From NCBI GenBank assembly GCA_001599295.1, contig BCGN01000003.1:682001-746000 (forward strand): 64,000 nt of DNA. Reading direction: 5' to 3'. The notes under the pieces were generated by a model. The model saw only the letters and a program-made list of their open reading frames with translations, had not been told where the DNA came from and did not search any database. Positions within the stretch are counted from its first letter, which is position 1; each line of letters opens with the position of its first letter. Shown one piece after another: positions 34,368 to 44,507 of the stretch. Both the position numbers and the translations under genes were made by a program. The stretch comes from Sporopachydermia quercuum. Taxonomy: Eukaryota.

Positions 34368-34868
34368 TCAAGCACTAGCTACCTTTTTAATAGAACCAGT
34401 CTTGACATCATAAATATAACCAGTTATTGGGACATCTAAAACCAACTTATTTTCTTTCAAGTATTCCACATCATCAACTACACTCTTTTCCAAATCACTG
34501 AATGGATAGAACTCACCATCGTAATCATTGCCGTTAGTTTCATCTTTCAATTGTTGATGTAAAGCATCATCAGTGAAAGTTAGCATACCACAGTCAGTAT
34601 GATGAACAACGACTAATTCTCTCGTATTTAGTAATCTTTGAGAAATAATAACCGACCTTAAAGCATCAATCGCTCTACCGCCTGCGTTTCTTATAACGTG
34701 AGCTTCACCTTCATTGATACCCAATGCTTTAGCAACATCTAATCGAGCATCCATACAAGCAACAACTGCGACTTGCTTGCTTGGAGGAAGAGCTAAGTTT
34801 GCCTTTTCTTCAGTAAAGGAATCAACATAACTTTTGTTGTTGTTTTCAAATGCTTTAGCGTTACTCAT
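34368..34868 (-). CDS. Short beta-class carbonic anhydrase (clade D / Cab-type)
   Basis: 166 aa with Zn ligands in ACMDAR and HHTDCGM, plus IRNAGGR and GYIYDVKTG. Lacks the CSDSR signature of Nce103-type enzymes. Confidence 0.9.
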   Translation of the reverse strand: MSNAKAFENNNKSYVDSFTEEKANLALPPSKQVAVVACMDARLDVAKALGINEGEAHVIRNAGGRAIDALRSVIISQRLLNTRELVVVHHTDCGMLTFTDDALHQQLKDETNGNDYDGEFYPFSDLEKSVVDDVEYLKENKLVLDVPITGYIYDVKTGSIKKVASA

Positions 34869-35727
34869 TTTGATAGTTTACTGTTCNTAGATTAAATTTG
34901 GTAATTGGAATATATCAAACCTGTGCAACCTGCTCAAAGTGAAGCTATACAATTAAAAAGCCTGTGAACAGAATAGAAAGGGAAAGAAGAATTAATTGAA
35001 CGGTCGCGATAGGATTCAACTCTCTTAAGTACTTTCCTCTAGAGTTCTCTTTCTCCACTATTTCACTCGGCGTTATCAATTGCTATTACGCCATTCTTAC
35101 GGTGTATTACCTTTTGTCACTACAACAAACAAACCCCTTTGTTCAGTCTAAGCTAGGACAACTCTTTCTTCTTCCCCGGTAGAAGAACTCAGCTTTAACT
35201 CATCTCCAAATGATTATTAATCTTTTTTTACTTAATTATTATTATTTGTATAATTGTAGTTTAATACTTCCTATCATTACATATAAGAAGGTTCTATGTG
35301 TTAATTGTCCCGCCACATGATTTCCGTAATATGTAGAGAGTATTATCTCATCCGATTAGCATATACCGGAAATCGGAAACAATCAAATGTTATCTCCTAT
35401 TTATGATACCATGATGTCCTCTTAACAATGGTTGTGCCTGTTGTATGATTGATGGGTTTATGGCATCATTTATTTATTGCATACTAATACATAAATATTT
35501 CTCAAGATTTTGATTGTTTTGTTCTGTTTTTACTAGTATTTGTTCTCATTTCCTTCAGTGTGCTGTTTGGTTGTTGTTTTGCTACGCGATACCTCAATTG
35601 GCTCATCCTTGTACGGTTTGTATATTTGTCATTATTGACGATCCATCATTTATTGAGCTTTTGTTCAATTATTTTATATTCACCAGCTTTTCTTATTTAA
35701 ACTATATTTTCTTACTTTCTTAGCAAG

Positions 35728-37884
35728 ATGAAACTCAAAGTAGCTATCATTGTCGTATCAGATAGCTGCACTGTTGATCCTTCAAAGGATAGAACAACAA
35801 GTGCTTTACAAAACGTCCTATCAACATACAATGGTAAAACCGACAAATCAAAAGGCCACTTTACTGTTGTATCAACCAGTATTGTTCCTGATAGTATTTC
35901 CCGTATCCAGAGAAAAGTAAAAGAAGTCAAAATAGAAACTAAAGATATAGCTCTCATTCTTACTGCTGGTGGTACTGGATTCACTGATACTGATTGCACA
36001 CCGGAAGCAGTTTTACCGTTGCTTGAGAAAGAAGCGCCCGGTATTGTTCATGCAATGATAGCTAAATCCTTTGAAAAGACTCCGTTTGCTGCTATGTCTA
36101 GGCCAGTTGCTGGTGTTTATTCCCAGTCGTTAGTTATTACACTCCCAGGCTCGCCAAGAGGGTCTACTGAAAACCTGGAAGCTNTTATTAGCGTACTTCC
36201 ACATGCTTTAATGCAATTGACTTTGAAAGACGCAAGAGCTCTTCATTCCAAGAAAGAGCGAACTCTGAATGATGCACCACCCGGTGAAGTTGAAAAAACT
36301 GATACTAACAGTATACTACCTAATACCCATGGCCATTTCCGTTCTCACGACAAAGGTCAAGATCGCAATAGCCATAGCCATAGTCATCACTATCACGACC
36401 ACAGCCACAACCCTGATCAGAGCTCTAACAAAACTCCTAATAGCTGTGGAATTGCTTTTCATTCCCTAGTGAAATCAAATTCTCTTGACGAAGCTGTAAC
36501 TAAAAGAGCCAGAGAGTCACCTTACCCTATGATCCCTATGACAGATGCTTTGAAGCTTATAGAGCAACATAGCTGGAAAGGCGAAATAGTAGTTTTACCA
36601 ATTACTGATAGATCACTAGTAGGGTCAGTTCTGGCTGATGATGTGATATCTGAAATACCTGTTCCCCCTTTTAGAGCTTCCATTGTTGATGGCTATGCGG
36701 TAATTCATTCAGATGGGTCTGGGGTTTATNCTGTGACCACGATATCTCATGCTGGAAACTCCGGTGAAATGTCGGAACTCCAAACTGGTTCTATCGCCAG
36801 AATCACCACAGGAGCTCCTTTACCTCCTGGTGCTGATGCCGTTGTAATGGTAGAAGAAACGATGCTTGTTAGGACCACTGAGGATGGAAATGAAGAGAAA
36901 GAGGTTGAAATACTAGCATCTGACGTTAAAGCTGGTGACAATGTTAGAGAAATAGGCTCTGATGTAGCGGAAGGCTCATTAATACTTGCAAAGGGTACGG
37001 TGATAACTTCAGCTGGTGGTGAAATTGGGCTACTAGCCAGTGTTGGTGTCCGCGAGATTAAAGTATATAGAAAACCTGTTATTGGTGTCCTTTCTACTGG
37101 TGATGAACTACTAGATATTGCTGAAATTACGCACTCCGAACTCAGCGGTGGTCAAATTTGGGACAGCAATAGACCTGCTTTAATAAGTACAATAGATTCT
37201 CTTGGTTATAAAGTTATTGACCTTGGAATCGCCCGAGATAAACCAAATATGCTTGAGAAAACAATACGCGATGCTTATAATATCCATAAAGTAGATTATA
37301 TAATTACTACTGGTGGAGTTTCGATGGGTGAACTAGATTTACTAAAGCCTATCATAGAACAGAAATTAAAAGGGGATATTCATTTCGGTAGAGTTGCGAT
37401 GAAGCCAGGTAAACCAACAACATTTGCAACTATCAAACAAGATATTAACAATAGTGAAAATGATACGGGTGTTAAGGAGATCAATAGAGATATCAAGACA
37501 TTATTTGCTCTACCAGGTAATCCAGCTTCTGCCTTAGTTACATTCAATCTGTTTGTTCTACCATCATTAAGACTTTTTTCTGGGTTCCAATTAACAAAGC
37601 AAGGTTATAATTTACCTACTGTATCAGTACTATTAGCACAAGATGTCAAACTAGATCCAAGACCTGAATACCATCGTGTTTCTATTCAACAAGTTATAGA
37701 AAATGGTAAATTGGTGTTAAAAGCTTTCAGCACTGGTATGCAGAGAAGCAGCAGAGTGGGCAGTTTGAAAGAAGCCAATGGCTTGCTATGCTTGCCTTCA
37801 AAGAATGATGTGAGCCAAAACAGCATGCTTAAAGGTGAATCGGTATCTGCTATTTTAATTGGCCCGATCCTTGGGTTAAACTGA
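35728..37884 (+). CDS. Gephyrin/CnxE-type molybdenum cofactor biosynthesis protein (MogA G-domain + MoeA E-domain)
   Basis: N-terminal MogA motifs (VSDS, TAGGTGF, TPEA, ITLPGSPRG), His-rich linker, MoeA motifs (PPFRASIVDGYA, RITTGAPLPPGADAVVMVE, LSTGDEL, TTGGVSMGELD, MKPGKP, LPGNPAS, QRSSR). Confidence 0.95.
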   Translation: MKLKVAIIVVSDSCTVDPSKDRTTSALQNVLSTYNGKTDKSKGHFTVVSTSIVPDSISRIQRKVKEVKIETKDIALILTAGGTGFTDTDCTPEAVLPLLEKEAPGIVHAMIAKSFEKTPFAAMSRPVAGVYSQSLVITLPGSPRGSTENLEAXISVLPHALMQLTLKDARALHSKKERTLNDAPPGEVEKTDTNSILPNTHGHFRSHDKGQDRNSHSHSHHYHDHSHNPDQSSNKTPNSCGIAFHSLVKSNSLDEAVTKRARESPYPMIPMTDALKLIEQHSWKGEIVVLPITDRSLVGSVLADDVISEIPVPPFRASIVDGYAVIHSDGSGVYXVTTISHAGNSGEMSELQTGSIARITTGAPLPPGADAVVMVEETMLVRTTEDGNEEKEVEILASDVKAGDNVREIGSDVAEGSLILAKGTVITSAGGEIGLLASVGVREIKVYRKPVIGVLSTGDELLDIAEITHSELSGGQIWDSNRPALISTIDSLGYKVIDLGIARDKPNMLEKTIRDAYNIHKVDYIITTGGVSMGELDLLKPIIEQKLKGDIHFGRVAMKPGKPTTFATIKQDINNSENDTGVKEINRDIKTLFALPGNPASALVTFNLFVLPSLRLFSGFQLTKQGYNLPTVSVLLAQDVKLDPRPEYHRVSIQQVIENGKLVLKAFSTGMQRSSRVGSLKEANGLLCLPSKNDVSQNSMLKGESVSAILIGPILGLN

Positions 37885-38221
37885 AAATAGGAATGAAGCC
37901 AACATACGGTGTTTGATACAGTTAAAGATACATAACAATGATTAAAGATTGGAAGAACTGATGAGCTATTAATGGTTCGTTGGTTTGGATGCTACAGAAT
38001 TATAGTTCTACAGTAATATCGTATTATGGATTAGTTCAAAAGAGAGTAAAAGTCAATATGTTTTGTACACTTAGTTTATCTAATATAATACAGCCAAACC
38101 CAGTAAAGAAGATAGAAGGTTGAAGTTTTAAAACCTCCAACAAGAAATAGAATAAAGAAGTTGCTATTTTAGTTCTTTTTTTTTGTTTTTATTTGTTTGT
38201 CGTACTCAATGATCTACTGCA

Positions 38222-39370
38222 TTACAACAATAAAATAGCTAAAGCAGCGACGGACAAACCCATCAAAGGATTAACTGATGGCAAACTGGCAGCATTTTCA
38301 GCATCAGCAACACCAATGGTTGTATTGGTAAAAGTGGGAGGGTAAGTAGTATTGGAAGGACCAGTGCTGTTACTGAAAGTTGCGGCCATAACCTTTGCAC
38401 CAGCAGAGTTATCATTATTACTGGTTCTGAACACTTCAATGGTGGCCTTGGCAGCATCTTTAGCAGTGACAACACAGAAGGCAGCACCACCAGCACCACT
38501 ATTACCATTGTTACTAGTAACACCGTTAATTCCATTGAATGAAGGATCAATCTCACAAGGTAATCCAACACAGTCTCCATCAGGACAAGTGATTCTCGCA
38601 CCAAAATCGGGAACAGTGTCTCTATAAGAAGAAGAAGGTTCAATATAGATCGGATTCCAGCCTAAAGTGACAAAAGTGCTGCCGCCGACTGCGTTGGCCC
38701 CGGCAACAAAAGGAGCCCAGTTACCGTAGTTGTTTTGGTTTGAACCCCAGGTGCAGGCAGTTTCAGTGTCAACTCCTGGAGGATTGATATAATAATGAGC
38801 AGCAGTTTGAGCCCAGTATTCAGTACCAGGAACAGCCAATGTCTCTTGGGAATTAGCCTCAACTTCAGTGGGAATCAACATGGCTTCATTGCCAGGAAGG
38901 ACAGTCTGGCAGAAGGAAACTACTTCGTCAATCTTGTTGCTAACGGCATAAGTTCCCTTGCCATCATAGCAGAAAGGCTTGTTAGGGAATGGTTTAGAAA
39001 CAGTACCGTCTTCGTTGCAGTATAATCCACCGTTCATAGAACCTGGATAAACATAGCTATCAACAGTTGGATCCCATTGGGCCATCAATTGACCGGAAGG
39101 ACAAGCGTAAGGGCAGTATGAACCAGGAGTACAAGATTGATCAGGTGACATTGCCCATCCACCATTGGCTTGATCAGGAGTAACAGCAATTAAACCTGAA
39201 TCAGTTGGGAAAGCACAGGTTTCAGCTCTCTTAACATGAGAGTGTGGCTCGGGAGTTCCAACTTGAGCATGAATGTTGTGCTTATGATGATCATCAGGAA
39301 TTGGTCCTGCAGAGGCAATAGTAAGAGCACTGACTAAAGCAATTAATGTAGTTTGAGTGAAAGATATCAT
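38222..39370 (-). CDS. Secreted SUN-family (beta-glucanase-like) protein, YMR244W/Adg3-like group, with a predicted GPI signal
   Basis: Signal peptide from ATG 39370, KR site, SUN motifs CPYACPSGQ, GSMNGGLYC, FCQTVLPGNEAMLIP, HYYINPPG and GNWAPFVAGAN, hydrophobic C-terminus. Confidence 0.88.
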   Translation of the reverse strand: MISFTQTTLIALVSALTIASAGPIPDDHHKHNIHAQVGTPEPHSHVKRAETCAFPTDSGLIAVTPDQANGGWAMSPDQSCTPGSYCPYACPSGQLMAQWDPTVDSYVYPGSMNGGLYCNEDGTVSKPFPNKPFCYDGKGTYAVSNKIDEVVSFCQTVLPGNEAMLIPTEVEANSQETLAVPGTEYWAQTAAHYYINPPGVDTETACTWGSNQNNYGNWAPFVAGANAVGGSTFVTLGWNPIYIEPSSSYRDTVPDFGARITCPDGDCVGLPCEIDPSFNGINGVTSNNGNSGAGGAAFCVVTAKDAAKATIEVFRTSNNDNSAGAKVMAATFSNSTGPSNTTYPPTFTNTTIGVADAENAASLPSVNPLMGLSVAALAILLL

Positions 39371-41587
39371 TTTGTTGTTGATTTTGATTTTGAAAGTTTT
39401 AGTTTTGAATTTTCTCAATGAAAGACTTCGGTTGGAACTATATTTTTTGTTTTAGCAATAAACGAATAAGACAGCAATTGCTTTAATAATAGCGATTGAT
39501 ACAATATAAAAAACAATAGTACAAGTATTGAACTATAACAATGGTAGCAGTAGTTATAAATGTGTGATAAATGAATGAATATGAGTGATAAGATCACCTC
39601 AGTTGGTTTTAGATCACACTAGATATATATGTCAAAATAGAACAGTTAAATTTGCTGTTGAATATTCTATAAGGAATGTATGGGGTTGGTTTATTATTGA
39701 AATAGTTCAAATAAGAAGAAACAGCAAAGAAATATTCAATTGTTCATTAAATCATCAACCGGAACAAGACAAAACATTCCTTACAGGAATCTCCAGGATT
39801 TATATATGTCAATTTGGTGCAAAGATGATTGTGAAAGACCTTTTAACAATACCATAGGCCATAATAGATTTGTGGTATGGAGAGAACACACAGGAAGGTT
39901 TAAGGTTTAGTGATGTTTAGGTTTAACATTAGAGTTTAGCGAAAGTTTTGTCACATGTAGGATTGTCTAGATCTCCTTCAACGGTTGGATAGAAAGTGAA
40001 GCAAAGTTAAGGATAATAGAACAGATAGCTATGAAAAAAGTGTTAAAGCCCATGTATAAAAGTTAGATGACGACATTTGAAAATTGTTAAAATGAACAAG
40101 AAAACCAGTATTAAAAAAGGGAATGAGAACGTGAGGATTACAAAGTAGTTAGGCTGGGATTTGGAGAGGTAACCATCGAACGTTGAAAGGCAGATAAGGT
40201 TTGCAGTTAGTGTAGCTGACAAGATTAAACTTTACACATACACCTAGAACAGTGAATTCGAATTGTGTCACAATATCAGAAGACATATGAGACAGAATTA
40301 TATCTAAAAGTATCCCATTTTTTTGAAAGCACTTTTATGAAAAGGGAGCTTCTATTGGCATTAGTTTGAACTCGATCATTTAGAATTCGGTTAATTGATA
40401 TTAATATCTTTTTCATGAGATAAAGATGAAGTTGATATGAAACATTAGATTTATCGAATAGCAATAAGGTTTATGAATTAGTCGAAATAAACGTTAACGT
40501 TATCATTTTGTCTTATAAAATTTTTTACCTGGACACTCATTCTAAGTTTGAAACTTGGTTAAGAATTGTGAGAACAACCTTCGCTTCCCTTTCCAAAACG
40601 TTAAATTACAGCGTTTCAGATCTGTGTTGAACAATTTTCGGACACCTCCTACGGAGGAAANTATAGAATATCCGGACGGACCCAAGATTTACGGTGCCTC
40701 TCAAATGTCGTGTTTCCGAGGTATCGGAATTGTATGCAAAATGTTACTTTCCGGGACTTCAGTAAAAAATCACCGTTAGAAGATGATCCAGATATTTCAT
40801 TTCAACGATTCATCAACTTTAACTGTCATTCTTCTCCTATACGGTTGATATGTATGTAACTATTCATTCTTACTAAGATTTAGGTTTTCATAAGTTCTCT
40901 CATAATCAACTCCNGAAAGTTTTATGGAAAAGAATAATCCACCCACACACTTTCCAAGTTATCCTATAAGATTAAGTTTGCCAGAGCCTCGTACCCTTTC
41001 CTCCTTTAATAGTATCTCCCGGTTCAACCTCTCACTTATGAATCATAACTGAGCGAAAGTATTCACTACCGGGCCGTCCAGAAAAAAATGTCCACTAAAG
41101 CTTTTTTCCTACCTTGAACTAAGGTTTATCAAAAGCACTTAGGCTTCCTAAAAGAGTAACTTTCTTAACTTCTTTAATTTAAGGTTTACCATAATAAAAG
41201 ATCAAAGACTCCAGTATTTCTCATCATGGCAACATTGCTTCTAAGAAAGATAGTAAAATCTAGACTTCTATTGTTTGAACGGTGTTTGGCGAGGAAGCTT
41301 GAAACATCTCGGAGTTGGAAAGTACAGTTAGTTTAAAAGAGGTGAACCAATCGGTATACGAGGATTTGAGATGACAGTATTACTGCGATTAGAGATGAAA
41401 TCAGGGGGTAATGCAGGTGAGCTGTCAATGACATATGATAGATACATACATGTATCATACTTTGTGGGATCGAATAAAGCTACCATATAATAATAAAGTG
41501 GTATTATATATAAAGTATGAAACAGATTACATTCGAAGTGACACCGAACTTTCTCATGATATGATAGTGTCGTATGGTAGATGGATC

Positions 41588-41833
41588 TCCGATATGGTTA
41601 AGTCGAAACGGTAAAGGGTCCAGCTATATGAGCTTATCGTAGAAAGAGCAATTATAATCAATAATGTTCATGGTAACGATAGTATTTTGATCGTATGAAA
41701 CCATAATATTGTTGAATATAGAAAAATAGATTTCCGATATGGTTAAGTTGAAGCAATGTCCGGCCGTAAGAGTTCTTCGTAAAATCATTGTATCAATAAT
41801 GCCATGGTTACGAACATAACGATAATATTGTGA
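41588..41833. repeat. Diverged direct duplication, period about 145 bp
   Basis: TCCGATATGGTTAAGT starts at both 41588 and 41733, followed by colinear matching blocks (ATCAATAATG, CATGGT, ATAATATTGT). Confidence 0.8.
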
Positions 41834-44507
41834 AGGTAAATAATTTTAAANTACAAAAAGTATGAGCTTTTGGAAAACTAATTGAATATCCAAATAGAGA
41901 AAAGCCCTTGAACAATTACTGTTATTGCCATGGCTACCTCAGTCATATGCTTCTTCTGATTTGTCTCATACGGGGAAAAAGAAAGCGGATCCAAAGACCT
42001 GTAAATTCATAGTGAGCTCAAAAATCAAATCGATGTTTTTGAGGTTGATATTTGGTTAGATTGTAGTTTCTTATTCTGTAGCGAATTGTCTCAATTGAAG
42101 CCTTTAAAAAAAAAGACGGATGACACATGAACAAAGCTCTAATTATTATTGACAAAAGAAAGCTCATATTTGTAATTTGTTAGTAACTACTAATAGTGCT
42201 AGATAGTGAAAATCGGGTTTGATGTGGAGATTATATTATGATGAACGTATTTTTCGCTATCATTCATGAGATTGCATAATATTTGCAAGGTTCATCCTTA
42301 GTTCTACAGTGAGTTACTTATTATCTATATTTTATCTTTTACCGGTAGCATCAATATTTTAACTTTCTCTTTCTTAGATTACAGCTTTATAATTATATTC
42401 AGTTATCTAAATAACTTAAGCCATTCCTTCTCAGCTAAGCTGAACCGGTAGATAAGTTGCTATAGTTCTTTCAAGCTAACAAACGACCGATTTCCATCGC
42501 CCGCTTCTTGAATACATACCAGCCGGTCAGTCTCAGTAAAAATCTATACTCTTTACAGCCTTACAGGGACTAAGTTCAAATTTATTGATTCTACAGAAAC
42601 AGAAGTTGGAAAGTAAAACCGGAGACCAATAATGTTTGGGACTTGTAAAGGCAACGTTGCCCCATATAACAAATCGACAGTAAAAAGTCTGTCAAAGTTA
42701 ATCATTTATTTCTTTCAACTGACTTAACATGTTAATTGTGAAAAACTAATAATTATAACTTTGATTTGTCTATTGAATACCAACAATCATTTGTAAATCA
42801 ATTCCTACATCATTCTACCTACACATTTGAAAGGCATGAGCATCAATCAGTTACATTGCCAACTTTTATGGAACTTTCGACACTTAATGAGCCGAATTTT
42901 CACTAGAACAGTCCGTATGGTTCCATTAAATGCTGTAGCATTTTTTTTCACCAGATTTCAAACGGTCTTAATTGAATCCAATATGAAGTAGAATGAAAAA
43001 TGTAGCATCCACAATCCGTGATTCTAAATGTAGCACCTGGGACACTGTCCGTTGCATGAGAAACCCCGAAAAACAAATAGAAAAGAGAAAGATACTATGT
43101 CCGGAAATGTTAATTACGGATAAGGTAGATTCTGAAAATGGGAGTTGAGATGAATTTATTTACAGCCTATCAGTGATACTTCTAATGAGAAATTTTTCTT
43201 TGAATATTGTAAACGAGAAAATAAAAGTTTGAGAAGGTGCCATTGGATTGAATTCAAGATTCAATCCAACCAATGAGGATGGACCATAATGAAGTGCAAG
43301 GAAGCTAGCGAATACCTAGTTTCAAATCAGTTTCAAACGAGGAAGCTGAAGGCAAATAATGTAAAAATAACGAGAAATTAATCCAATTCTCTTGTTAGTG
43401 CCTCAAATTCCTAATTAGCAGTATAGTCACCACGATAGATAAATTTCCATCTCTAGCCTTAGTTTTCCAAATTGCTGCATACTTCTTTCAGCTTGATTCA
43501 ATCGTTCGATCAATGTATGTAATTTATGTGAAATTTCATTCCATGTCTTTGACTATTGAGTCTCAGCTTCCAGAGATCAAAAGAAGCTTTTTTCTGGAAG
43601 TTCGAACCCAGAATCTACACATAAAAAAAGTTTAAACTGAATTCGTACATGTTCTAGCCATAAAAACTTGAACTTCTTTTGGCCATCTTCATTCGAATTA
43701 TTAGAACGGTTCTCTATCGAATAAGGAAATTAAAATAGAAAAAACTGAAATTCCTCGGACAAACTAAATGAGCTAAACTATAACCTTAAGTGTATTAGCA
43801 CCGCTCACCACTGGAGATGTCCGTTGCTCCAATTATACTCAAGAACCCACTAGTACTTGATGTATTTGATGTTATCGTTAATGTAATAAATACGTAGAGT
43901 AAATTATTTCAGGGACTATTTAGCTCAGGACCGTTAACCTAGTTTTGTTAATGAAGACTGAAACGAAACAATGGCGAAACCGCAGTTATTAGTGACTGTT
44001 CTCGGGCTATTGTTGCCTGATTGACGTGAATATGATAAACGAAAGACCGAATATGATTAAGAAGGTGAAACAGAACAAAGGTCAATCTAAGGAATCAAAT
44101 GGGTGGACTTTCTTTTAAAGTTCTGTAATAAGACTAGACCGTTAGCTATAGATCATTGTAACGATAGTGATATTATTTACAGTAAGAGAGTATTGTAGAG
44201 TAATTGGATTGGACGAACAATGGACATATGAATGCGTAGCGAATGAATAGGTCAGTTAACAAGGAATATTGAATGTCTCAAACCTCTAGCTGTAAAGAAT
44301 CTTACATCAGCAAGCAAAGGCAAAATTGAATTCCATAAGACGATACNAAGGTTATTCACGTGATAGCTCAACTCGATATTACATTAATTAGTTCAGCTAC
44401 TTCCAATATAAAGGTTGTACAGTTATAATGACCAATAAAACCTAAATACCAAGGATTTACTAGATAATACAGTCAGCTTGTTTATTTCTCACGATTGAAA
44501 AGTTCTT

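Noticed and set aside
43912..43950. tRNA-like start GGGACTATTTAGCTCAGG
   Set aside because: No T-loop (GTTCRA) or acceptor-stem complement downstream.
39371..44507. Transposon or LTR remnant in the long intergenic region
   Set aside because: No TG...CA LTR with target-site duplication, terminal inverted repeats, or transposase/RT fragments were recognised.
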